A stretch of 64,000 nucleotides of DNA, from assembly GCA_934120635.1 (NCBI GenBank), contig CAKOUR010000009.1, positions 15,406 to 79,405 on the forward strand. The letters run 5' to 3'. Each line of letters begins with the position of its first letter. Position 1 is the first letter of the stretch. The DNA is from an uncultured Bacilli bacterium. Its GTDB lineage: Bacteria; Bacillota_I; Bacilli_A; RF39; UBA660. The notes beneath the pieces were generated by a model. It saw nothing but the letters and a program-made list of their open reading frames with translations. It did not search any database and had not been told where the DNA came from. The translations under genes were made by a program, and so were the position numbers. This document shows positions 19,937 to 29,055 of this stretch, one piece after another.

Positions 19937-22900
19937 ATGTATGAAAGTTTAGATAAGAGAGATGTTAAAGATGTTGAAAAAAGTATATTAGATACTTGGA
20001 AGAAAGAAGATATTTTAAATGAAACCATAAAAAATCGTGAAGGTAAGAAAGATTTTGTTTTTTATGATGGCCCTATTTATGCCAATGCTAAACCTGGTAT
20101 TCATCATGTATTTGCTAAAACAATTAAGGATTCTTTTTGTAAGTATAAAGTAATGAATGGATATAGAGTATTAAGAAAGATTGGTCTTGATACGCATGGT
20201 CTTCCTATTGAAGTTAATGTAGAGAAAAAACTAGGATTTACAGGTAAAGCTGATATTGAGAAATTTGGTGTTGATGCCTTTTGTCGTGAATGTAATAAGG
20301 CAACTGCTACAAATATTAATGAGGTTAATCATATTACCGATATGATGGGACAATTTATTGATTGTAAAAATCCTTATATTACTTGTTCTAATGATTATAT
20401 TGAGTCAGAGTGGTGGATTATTAAACAAATGGATGAGAAGGGGCTTTTATATCACGGAAATAAGGTACTATGGTATTGTCCTAGATGTGGTACAGAATTA
20501 TCTCAATTTGAAGTATCACAAGGGTATACTAAAACTAGCGTTAATACGGTTATTGTTCCTTTAAAGCGAGTAGATGCTGATGAGTATTTCTTAGCTTGGA
20601 CAACAACCCCTTGGACTTTGGTGGCGAATGTTGCGATTTGTGTTAATCCTGATATGACTTATATTAAAGCAAAATCTAAGGGATATCAATTTATTGTAGC
20701 AGAAAGTCTTGCTGATCGTGTTCTTGGAGAAGATTATGAAGTAGTTGATACTTTTAAAGGTAGTGATTTGGTTGGAATAAAATATGAACAATTAATGCCT
20801 TTTGTTCATGTTGAAGGAAAATGTCACGAAGTCATTGCTGATGGATATGTAACAGACAGTGATGGTACGGGTATTGTTCATATTGCTCCTGCATTTGGTG
20901 CTGATGATAACCGCGTTTGTTCTCAAAATGGGATTGGTTTTGTGAATCCAGTTGGACTTGATGGAAGATATACGACTGGTCCATGGGAGGGTCGTCTTGT
21001 TACGGATCCTGAGCTTGAAATTGATATTATTAAATGGTTAAAAGCAAATGATAAGTTATTTAAGAAAATTAAAATTGAACATGATTATCCACATTGTTGG
21101 CGTTGTAAGAGTCCTTTAATTAGTTATCCTAAACCTGCTTGGTATATTAAAACAACGGAATATAAAGATAAAATTATTGAGGCAAATAAAAAAATTCATT
21201 GGTATCCTGCTTATGTTGGAGAAAAACGTTTTGGAAATTGGCTTGAGAATATAGTTGATTGGGGAATTTCTAGAAATCGTTATTGGGGTTGTCCACTTCC
21301 TGTTTGGGAATGTTCTTGTGGAAAGAGAAAAGTTATTGGTTCTCTAGATGAATTGCAAGAAAATGTTGTTGAAGATGTTAATGTAAGAGAGATGGAATTG
21401 CATCGTCCTTATGTGGATCAAATTCATTTAAAATGTTCTTGTGGTAAAGAAATGACTCGTGTTAAAGATGTTTTAGATGTTTGGTTTGATTCTGGTTCGA
21501 TGCCTTATGCGCAATTTCATTATCCTTTTGAAAATCAAGAATTATTTAAAAGTCAATTTCCTGCTGACTTTATTGCCGAAGGTCTTGATCAAACTAGAGG
21601 CTGGTTTTATGTTTTACTTGTTATTTCTACGATTATTTCAGGAGAAAGTTCATTTAAAAATGTTGTTGTAAATGATATGATGTTGGATGAATTTGGAAAG
21701 AAAATGAGTAAGTCTGTTGGGAATATTGTTGATCCAATTGAAATGATGGAGAAGTATGGAGCAGATAATATTAGATGGTATATGTTATATACATCTCCTG
21801 TTTGGACACCTCTAAAATTTTCTGAAGCTGGGGTAAGAGAAGTTCATAGTAAATTCTTTAATCCTTTAAAAAATACTTATACATTCTTTCAAACGTATGC
21901 AAATATTGATCATATTAATATTGAGGATTGCAAGGTTAAGTATGAAGAAAGAGAAGAAATTGATAAGTGGCTATTAAGTAAATACAATCATCTAATAGAA
22001 AAAGTAAGAGAGTTTTACGAGATGTATGATTTAAATTTGGTTGTTAGAGAAATTACTAATTTTGTATCTGAAGATTTATCAAATTGGTATATTAGAAGAA
22101 ATAGAAATCGTTTTTGGGGAAGTGATATGAATACAAGTAAGAAAAGTGTTTATATGACTACTTATGAAGTAATGGAAGGTTTGTGCCGTTTATGTGCACC
22201 GGTTATTCCTTATTTAACAGAAGAAATCTATACAAAATTAACAAAGAAAAAATCCGTTCATTTAGCAGATTTTCCTGTTTGCTCTAGAGAATTAATTGAT
22301 AGCAAGTTAGAATATAAAATGGATTTGGTTAGAGATTTAATTACTATGGGAAGAAACATAAGAGAAGAATCTAAAATAAAAGTTAGACAACCAATTAAGA
22401 GTGTTATGTTAGAGTCTTCTATTAAGAATGATATCTCTGGACTTGAGTTGTTAATTAAAGAAGAATTAAATGTTAAAGAAGTATTATATGTTGATGATGC
22501 TAATTTATATATGAATATATCTTATAAGCCTAATTTTAGGGTAGCAGGTAAAGTGTTTGGTAAAGATATGAAAGAGTTTTCTAAATATTTAGAAAATATT
22601 AATAAGAATGATTTATTAAAATTATCTAAAGGAGAATTAATAGTTAATTTTAATGGTAATGAATATAAGATAACTGAAGATTTAGTTGATAAAAAAATAG
22701 AACCAAAAGAGGGATTTAATGTTTCAGTTAATGATAATTTGATTATTATTCTTGATTTAGAATTAACGGATGATTTAATTAATGAAGGTCTTGCTAGAGA
22801 AACAATTTCTAAGATTCAAAATCTAAGAAAGAGTAGTGGTTTTGATATTGCAGATCGAATTAATATTTATTATTCTTCTAATGATTTATATAGTAATAAG

Positions 22901-23029
22901 ATAAGTAATTATATTAAGTTTATTTGTGATGAAACACTTGCACTTAGTATGAAAAAAGTGGATAGTATTGAAGAATTTGAAAAAATTAATGACTTTGAAG
23001 TAGGAATAAAGTTAGAGAAAATTGATTAG
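19937..23029 (+). CDS. ileS: isoleucyl-tRNA synthetase, long type-2 (eukaryote-like) form
   Basis: Class I motifs PGIHHVF (HIGH-like) and KMSKS. About 1,030 aa with a long C-terminal extension. The start is moved to the ATG at 19937, after GAAGGA; the track start (TTG at 19901) lies inside the T-box terminator. Confidence 0.9.
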   Translation: MYESLDKRDVKDVEKSILDTWKKEDILNETIKNREGKKDFVFYDGPIYANAKPGIHHVFAKTIKDSFCKYKVMNGYRVLRKIGLDTHGLPIEVNVEKKLGFTGKADIEKFGVDAFCRECNKATATNINEVNHITDMMGQFIDCKNPYITCSNDYIESEWWIIKQMDEKGLLYHGNKVLWYCPRCGTELSQFEVSQGYTKTSVNTVIVPLKRVDADEYFLAWTTTPWTLVANVAICVNPDMTYIKAKSKGYQFIVAESLADRVLGEDYEVVDTFKGSDLVGIKYEQLMPFVHVEGKCHEVIADGYVTDSDGTGIVHIAPAFGADDNRVCSQNGIGFVNPVGLDGRYTTGPWEGRLVTDPELEIDIIKWLKANDKLFKKIKIEHDYPHCWRCKSPLISYPKPAWYIKTTEYKDKIIEANKKIHWYPAYVGEKRFGNWLENIVDWGISRNRYWGCPLPVWECSCGKRKVIGSLDELQENVVEDVNVREMELHRPYVDQIHLKCSCGKEMTRVKDVLDVWFDSGSMPYAQFHYPFENQELFKSQFPADFIAEGLDQTRGWFYVLLVISTIISGESSFKNVVVNDMMLDEFGKKMSKSVGNIVDPIEMMEKYGADNIRWYMLYTSPVWTPLKFSEAGVREVHSKFFNPLKNTYTFFQTYANIDHINIEDCKVKYEEREEIDKWLLSKYNHLIEKVREFYEMYDLNLVVREITNFVSEDLSNWYIRRNRNRFWGSDMNTSKKSVYMTTYEVMEGLCRLCAPVIPYLTEEIYTKLTKKKSVHLADFPVCSRELIDSKLEYKMDLVRDLITMGRNIREESKIKVRQPIKSVMLESSIKNDISGLELLIKEELNVKEVLYVDDANLYMNISYKPNFRVAGKVFGKDMKEFSKYLENINKNDLLKLSKGELIVNFNGNEYKITEDLVDKKIEPKEGFNVSVNDNLIIILDLELTDDLINEGLARETISKIQNLRKSSGFDIADRINIYYSSNDLYSNKISNYIKFICDETLALSMKKVDSIEEFEKINDFEVGIKLEKID

Positions 23030-23114
23030 TAAAAGAAATGGAGAAATTCTGTTTCTTTTTCTTATTTTTTATAGTAGAATGATTATTATAATTATTTATA
23101 GGGAGTGATAGTAT

Positions 23115-23783
23115 ATGAATTTAGTTGGAAATCATTGGGATAAAGTTTTAGATCATGAGTATCATGAAGAATACTTTAAAAAAATTGTTGCTTATATTAA
23201 TCGAGCTTATAAAGAAAGGGAGATTTTTCCTCCAAAGTCTAGAATTTTGAGAGCACTTACATTAACAGATTATGATGATGTTAAAGTAGTTATTTTGGGA
23301 CAAGATCCTTATCATGGGGTGGGAGAGGCGAATGGTCTTGCTTTTGCTGTTTCTGATGGAGTTAAGATTCCTCCATCTTTAAGGAATATTTATAAGGAAC
23401 TTTATAATGACTTGGGAATTGAACCATCTTCTGTTGGTAATTTAGAATGTTGGGCTAAAGAAGGAATTCTTCTTTTGAATGCTGTTTTAACAGTTGAAAA
23501 AGATAAGCCTGCTTCTCATAAAGATTTAGGTTGGGAAAATTTTACAGATGCTATTATACGAAGTTTAAATGCTAAAGATACACCAGTGGTATTTATTTTA
23601 TGGGGAAACTTTGCTCGTAGCAAGAAAAATTTAATTACTAATCCTAAACATTATATTATAGAGTCAACTCATCCTTCTCCATTTTCTGCTAATTATGGTT
23701 TTTTTGGAAGTAAACCATTTTCTAAAACAAATAGTTTTTTAAAGAAAAATCATTTAAAAGAAATTGATTGGCATGTAATGTAA
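23115..23783 (+). CDS. ung: uracil-DNA glycosylase
   Basis: GQDPYH water-activating loop and the HPSPFSA motif. Confidence 0.9.
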   Translation: MNLVGNHWDKVLDHEYHEEYFKKIVAYINRAYKEREIFPPKSRILRALTLTDYDDVKVVILGQDPYHGVGEANGLAFAVSDGVKIPPSLRNIYKELYNDLGIEPSSVGNLECWAKEGILLLNAVLTVEKDKPASHKDLGWENFTDAIIRSLNAKDTPVVFILWGNFARSKKNLITNPKHYIIESTHPSPFSANYGFFGSKPFSKTNSFLKKNHLKEIDWHVM

Positions 23784-23785
23784 AT

Positions 23786-23844
23786 AAAAAATGATGAATT
23801 TTGAATTTGTCTTTATAGACTTTTATTCTTATTCATCATTTTTT
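23786..23844. terminator. bidirectional terminator between convergent ung and the LRR gene
   Basis: 14-bp arms AAAAAATGATGAAT (23786-23799) and ATTCATCATTTTTT (23831-23844), with A/T runs on both sides. Confidence 0.6.
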
Positions 23845-23845
23845 A

Positions 23846-25696
23846 TTAAATAGAATTATTTTTTGTATTTCTTTTTGATAAAATGATAAGTGCTGTTGTA
23901 ACAATAGCGATGGTAATTATAATGTATAGAGATAGTGATCCTGTAACTGGGTTAGTTAGTCTTTTTAATGAAAATTCTTTGATTATTTTATTGTCATATG
24001 TTATTTGTAATTTGTCCCCATTAATAGTTACATTTGCTCCATTCCATGAAACTTTAACATTGTTTAAAATTTCTTGATCACTGTCACCATTTACTTCTAT
24101 TGTGCTATCACTTTCATTGATAGGATATTTGTTGCTTGTTAAGTTGATGAAATGTAAGTCATAGGAAGCATATAGTTTTGGTTGAATGTTAGATGATACG
24201 TTATTTAAAGTTAAATCATCAGAATATAATTGTATTCTTGCATAATTGTTTTTGCCTGTAATAGTATCTTGTTCATATGGATTACTGACTTCACAGTTAG
24301 TGATTGTTGTTGTTTCTTTTGTTGGAGTGCTTCCATCAACTGTATATTCAACATTATAAGTACAAACATTTTTATAATTGCTTTCGTTGATTAAGCCATT
24401 TCCTTTGTATAATGTGTATTTTTTTAAGGAGATGTTATCTGGTACATTTGTCATAAATTCATTTACAGAAATACTTGATCCATAGACTGGTACGACTTTA
24501 TAATAGGCAATATCTAAGTTTTTTAAATTTGGGTAAGCAGATAAATCAGTATTGTTTAACCAATCGTTTTCTAATCCCATGTATGTTATTTTACTTTTAT
24601 CTGTTATATTATATAAATCAAAATTATTAAGTACTGCATTTATTTTTTCTAATTTGCTTTGACTACCTAAATTTAAACTTGATAAGTTATTTGATGATGC
24701 ATATATTTCAGTTAAATTTGATAGTCCAGATAAGTTTAAGTTAGAAAGTTTATTAGAAGAAATATTTAAGTAAGTTAGGTTTGTTAATTTTGATAAGTCA
24801 ATTGAACTAATATTATTGGCATATAAGTCTAGGGCTTTTAATGCTGTATTATTTGATAAATTGACATTTGTTAATTGATTTCCAGAACTGTATAAGTATT
24901 CTAATTTTGTATTTTTAGAAGTATCTAGGTTTGCTATTTTGTTTGCTGATATTATGAAATAATTTAAATTTGTTAACTTTGAAATGTCAATACTACTTAG
25001 TTTATTAGCGTTTAAGTCTAATTTTGTTAAATTTGTTGCTGATGTTGGTAGGGTTAATGAAGTTAATCCGTTTCCTGATAAGTAAACGTGCTCTAGTTTT
25101 GTATTTTTACTTAAATCTATAGTAGTTATTTTATTTAATGATAATAGTAAAAGTTTAAGTTCTGTTAAATTAGAAATATTTATACTTGTTAATTTATTAT
25201 TATAAACGTTTAAATCAATTAATTTAGAATTGTTAGTTAAATCAATATTTGTTATTTGGTTTCCATTTAAGTATAATTGTTGTAAATTTGTATTTTTACT
25301 TAAATCAATATTTGTTAACTTGTTGAATGTCATATTTAACATTACTAAATTTGTATTTTTACTTAAGTCCATAGTACTTACATTGTTTTTGTATAAATTT
25401 AAATATCTTAGGGAAGTAAGCTTTTCTATTCCTTTTGTACTTGTTATTTTTTGATCTCGACATATAACTTCAGTTATTTTTGATAATTCTTCGTCAGTTG
25501 CACTTGTTCTATCTTTTCCTAATGTGTCTAGTACACATCTGTATAGTTCTTCTGATTCAAATCCTGCATCTTTTGCTGATGTTAGGTATTGGTTTGTTTG
25601 AACTATAGTTTTTTTACTGTTTTGTTTATATGGATACAAATTTATAGTTGTTAGTATACATATAATTGTTGTTAATAAAAATATTTTTTTCTTCAT
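23846..25696 (-). CDS. leucine-rich-repeat (internalin-like) surface protein with variant sorting signal (NPVTG)
   Basis: Signal peptide. More than a dozen 22-residue repeats of the pattern L..L.L..N.L..IDLS.N. A beta-rich C-terminal region. The C-terminus is LTNPVTGS, then a hydrophobic segment, then KRNTK. Confidence 0.8.
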   Translation of the reverse strand: MKKKIFLLTTIICILTTINLYPYKQNSKKTIVQTNQYLTSAKDAGFESEELYRCVLDTLGKDRTSATDEELSKITEVICRDQKITSTKGIEKLTSLRYLNLYKNNVSTMDLSKNTNLVMLNMTFNKLTNIDLSKNTNLQQLYLNGNQITNIDLTNNSKLIDLNVYNNKLTSINISNLTELKLLLLSLNKITTIDLSKNTKLEHVYLSGNGLTSLTLPTSATNLTKLDLNANKLSSIDISKLTNLNYFIISANKIANLDTSKNTKLEYLYSSGNQLTNVNLSNNTALKALDLYANNISSIDLSKLTNLTYLNISSNKLSNLNLSGLSNLTEIYASSNNLSSLNLGSQSKLEKINAVLNNFDLYNITDKSKITYMGLENDWLNNTDLSAYPNLKNLDIAYYKVVPVYGSSISVNEFMTNVPDNISLKKYTLYKGNGLINESNYKNVCTYNVEYTVDGSTPTKETTTITNCEVSNPYEQDTITGKNNYARIQLYSDDLTLNNVSSNIQPKLYASYDLHFINLTSNKYPINESDSTIEVNGDSDQEILNNVKVSWNGANVTINGDKLQITYDNKIIKEFSLKRLTNPVTGSLSLYIIITIAIVTTALIILSKRNTKNNSI

Positions 25697-25803
25697 TTAT
25701 TTTCACTCCTTTATTTTTCTTAGATAGGATTTGAATGTACTCTATCTTGATAGTATTGTAGCATATATTTTATTTAATTTCTATAATTTTATAAAATAAT
25801 TTT

Positions 25804-25843
25804 AATTTTGCGTGAATTTTAATTTTGCGTGAATTTTAATTTG
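25804..25843. repeat. 17-bp tandem repeat (about 2.4 copies) in the intergenic region
   Basis: AATTTTGCGTGAATTTT occurs at 25804-25820 and 25821-25837, followed by a partial third copy. Confidence 0.8.
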
Positions 25844-25925
25844 CATTGATTGAAAGTTAAATGAAATAATAAAAATTGCTATTTTATTTCCAATTTTACA
25901 AATTGGGAAATGTTAGATAACTTTA

Positions 25926-25954
25926 TTGACATGGTTTATTATTCAAGTTAAAAT
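25926..25954 (+). promoter_or_regulatory. sigma-A type promoter of addB
   Basis: TTGACA (25926-25931), 17-nt spacer, TAAAAT (25949-25954). Confidence 0.55.
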
Positions 25955-25986
25955 TATATTAATTATGGACTAAAGGTAGGGATAAT

Positions 25987-28371
25987 ATGAATGAAGTTGA
26001 AATTAAGGATAATACAATTTTAATTGTAATGAATGAAGACAAAAATCATTTGATTAAAATTTTTGGGGAAAAGAATTTATTTTATTCTAAAATTTTTACA
26101 ATAAGAGAGTTTATGGATAAGTATTATTTTTCTTATGATGAAAGGGCAATTTATTATCTTAAAGAGAAATATCATTATAATTATGATGTTGCTTTGATGT
26201 ATTTATCTTTGTTTTATTTTGTTTCTGATGATATAGATATTGATGTAGAAAAAGTAAGATGGGTAAAGAAATTAAAAAAAGAATTGCAAGAGGAAGGACT
26301 TCTTTTTTCTTCTTCTTATTTCTTAGAATATTTAGTCAATAAAGATATTGTTTTTTATGATGTTTTTTTTGATGGTATGGTGACTCAGTTATATCATGAT
26401 TTAGAAAAAAATTTTCAAGTGAGAACTTATTTTTCACAAAAAAAACAATATGATAGGGATATTTTGTATGAGTTTTCTGATATTTCTGATGAAGTTGTGT
26501 ATGTTGCTACAGCTATTTTGGAGAAAATTAAAAGTGGAATTTCTCCTTCTTGTATTAAGTTGTGTGGGGTAGAGGGAGAATATTTGCCTGTTGTGAAAAG
26601 AATTTTTTCTTGGTTTTCTTTGCCAGTTGATGTATCGGATAATTTTTTATATGCTACATTAATGGGACAGGATTTTTTAAAAAATTTAGGTCATCGTCCA
26701 GATGAGGCAATGGATTATTTAAAAGCACATTATTCTTTATCTCAAAAAGAGGAAGCAACAATTTTTAATCAGATTTGTGATATTGTGAATCATTATGTAT
26801 GGGTAGATGATTTTTTTAAAATAAAAGATTTTCTTATTCATGATTTTAAACATACAAAGGTAATAAATAAAAAAAGTACTAGTGGAATAGAAATCATTCC
26901 TAATTTGCGAAATGTGGGGGATGAGTTTCATGTTTTTTTGCTTGGTTTTAATCAGGGGATTATTCCTAGATTGAAAAAAGATGAGGACTATTTTGATGAT
27001 GCTTTAAAAGAAAAGTTAGGTCTTATTTCTTCAAAAGAGGAGAATAAAAGGGAAAAGAATAGATGGCTTCAGGAGATTTTAGGGGTTAAGAATTTAGTGA
27101 TTACAATGAAGAGAAAGAGTCCTTTGGGGGAATTTTATCTTTCTAGTTTGAATGATGATTTACAAATGCATGTTGAGAGTGTTAAAAATACTTATTGTTA
27201 TTCTCATTTGTATAATAAGCTTTTACTTGGGGAAAAGTTAGATACTTTGGTAAAGTATAATGAAAAGGAGGAAGATTTAGATTATCTTTATGAGAGATAT
27301 CAAGATATTCCTTATTTAAGTTATGATTCTTCTTTTAAAGGGATTAGTAAAGATAAGTTAAGAGATTATTTAGATGGTAAGTTAACTTTATCTTATAGTG
27401 CAATGAATAGCTATTATCAATGTGGATTTCGTTATTATCTTTCTAATGTTTTAAAACTTAATTTATTTCCTAATACTTTTTATACTGTTTTGGGGAATAT
27501 TTATCATGATGTTTTGTCAGAGTATAAAAAAGAAGGTTTTAATTTTTCTGATGTTTATGATGAGGTTGTTAAGAAGTATGAAGAGGTATATTCTTATGAT
27601 GATAGAGAAAGATTCTTTATTGATTATTTAAAGGGGGAACTTAAATTTATTATTGATACAATTTTAAAGCAAGAAGAAGAATCTGATTTAAAGAGTGCTT
27701 TTTTTGAGGATAGAATTGTTAAAAATTATCATTATTCTTCCTATGATGTTTGTTTTAAGGGCTTTGTTGATAAGATGATGGTTAGTGATGATGAGAGGTT
27801 AGTTTCTATTATTGATTATAAGACAGGGAATCCTAATTTGAATTTAAATTATACGATTTATGGGTTAGATTTACAGTTACCGATTTATTTATTTTTAGCT
27901 AGAAATAAGTTTCCTGAGGCTAGGATTGTTGGATTTTATTTACAAAAGATTTTAAATAATGAGATTAGTCGTGATAATCAGCATTCTTATCTTGAATTGA
28001 AGAGGGAGAAGTTAAAATTGCAAGGATATAGTAATTCAGATGTTTCTATTTTATCTTTATTTGATAAAACTTATTGCAATAGTAAAGTGATTAAGGGGAT
28101 GAGAACGACAGCTAAAGGTCTTGGTACTAAAAAAGTTTTAGATGATGTGAAGATGGAGGCTTTAGGAAATTTAGCTGAAGATAAGATAACTGATGCGATG
28201 AGGGGGATAATTAATGCTAATTTTATGATTAATCCTAAGAGAATTGGAAATGATAATGTTGGTTGTAAGTATTGTCATTATCGAGATATTTGTTTTATGA
28301 GTGAAAAAGATATTGTGGATTTAAAAGAGTATAAAAATTTAGAATTTTTAGAAGAGGAAAGTGTTGATTGA
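25987..28371 (+). CDS. addB: helicase-nuclease complex subunit AddB (RexB)
   Basis: 794 aa. C-terminal nuclease/Fe-S region with YYQCGFRYYL, IIDYKTG and CKYCHYRDIC. It sits upstream of addA. Confidence 0.85.
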   Translation: MNEVEIKDNTILIVMNEDKNHLIKIFGEKNLFYSKIFTIREFMDKYYFSYDERAIYYLKEKYHYNYDVALMYLSLFYFVSDDIDIDVEKVRWVKKLKKELQEEGLLFSSSYFLEYLVNKDIVFYDVFFDGMVTQLYHDLEKNFQVRTYFSQKKQYDRDILYEFSDISDEVVYVATAILEKIKSGISPSCIKLCGVEGEYLPVVKRIFSWFSLPVDVSDNFLYATLMGQDFLKNLGHRPDEAMDYLKAHYSLSQKEEATIFNQICDIVNHYVWVDDFFKIKDFLIHDFKHTKVINKKSTSGIEIIPNLRNVGDEFHVFLLGFNQGIIPRLKKDEDYFDDALKEKLGLISSKEENKREKNRWLQEILGVKNLVITMKRKSPLGEFYLSSLNDDLQMHVESVKNTYCYSHLYNKLLLGEKLDTLVKYNEKEEDLDYLYERYQDIPYLSYDSSFKGISKDKLRDYLDGKLTLSYSAMNSYYQCGFRYYLSNVLKLNLFPNTFYTVLGNIYHDVLSEYKKEGFNFSDVYDEVVKKYEEVYSYDDRERFFIDYLKGELKFIIDTILKQEEESDLKSAFFEDRIVKNYHYSSYDVCFKGFVDKMMVSDDERLVSIIDYKTGNPNLNLNYTIYGLDLQLPIYLFLARNKFPEARIVGFYLQKILNNEISRDNQHSYLELKREKLKLQGYSNSDVSILSLFDKTYCNSKVIKGMRTTAKGLGTKKVLDDVKMEALGNLAEDKITDAMRGIINANFMINPKRIGNDNVGCKYCHYRDICFMSEKDIVDLKEYKNLEFLEEESVD

Positions 28372-28386
28372 TTAGGAGTTGATGTT

Positions 28387-29037
28387 ATGTATACGAGAAA
28401 AGAACTTGCGGATAAAGTAGGGATATCTGTTCAGAAGATAAAAGAATATGAGGAGAAGGGGTATTTAGCTTCTGTTTGTAATTTTATAACGGGGAATCAT
28501 TATTATAGTGATTATAAGCCAATATTGTTATCTTTTCTTTCTTGTTTAGAAAAAAGAGGTATGTCTCAAGAGAAAATTTTGGATGTTTTGAATGGAGAAA
28601 AATCTACAGAAATTGAATTATTGGAAAAAGAAAATTATATTCAGAATATTAATTTTTCGATTATTTCTGGTGATTATCAAGACTATGTTAAATGGAATGG
28701 TAAAAGGGAAGAGAATTCTGTTGAGGCACATGAGATAAAGACAAATCATGCTAAATATTATATTATTTTAGATGAAGATAGATTTTATGGAAATTTCTTA
28801 GTTTATTGTTATGAAAATACTTTTTTTGAAAATAGTTTACTTGTTTGTAATGATATTTTGTTTAATATTGTGATTGATTATTTAAAAGGAGAAGGTTATT
28901 CTTATATTACTTATTATGAATATAAAAAAGAAGAAAAAACAATTCAATATTTAAAAGATAAATATTCAGCAGAATTAATAGATGATAATGTTTTATTTGG
29001 AAATATTTTGTTTGTAAAATTAAAAATTATATTATAG
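28387..29037 (+). CDS. MerR-like HTH protein inserted between addB and addA
   Basis: The N-terminal YTRKELADKVGISVQKIKEYEEKGYL resembles a MerR-type HTH. The remaining 150 aa are not recognised. Confidence 0.5.
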   Translation: MYTRKELADKVGISVQKIKEYEEKGYLASVCNFITGNHYYSDYKPILLSFLSCLEKRGMSQEKILDVLNGEKSTEIELLEKENYIQNINFSIISGDYQDYVKWNGKREENSVEAHEIKTNHAKYYIILDEDRFYGNFLVYCYENTFFENSLLVCNDILFNIVIDYLKGEGYSYITYYEYKKEEKTIQYLKDKYSAELIDDNVLFGNILFVKLKIIL

Positions 29038-29055
29038 GATAAGGGAGGTAATTTG

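Noticed and set aside
25804-25843. The tandem 17-bp repeat, considered as a possible CRISPR array or iteron array
   Set aside because: There are only about 2.4 directly adjacent copies and no spacers. No cas genes or replication genes are nearby. It is recorded as a simple tandem repeat only.
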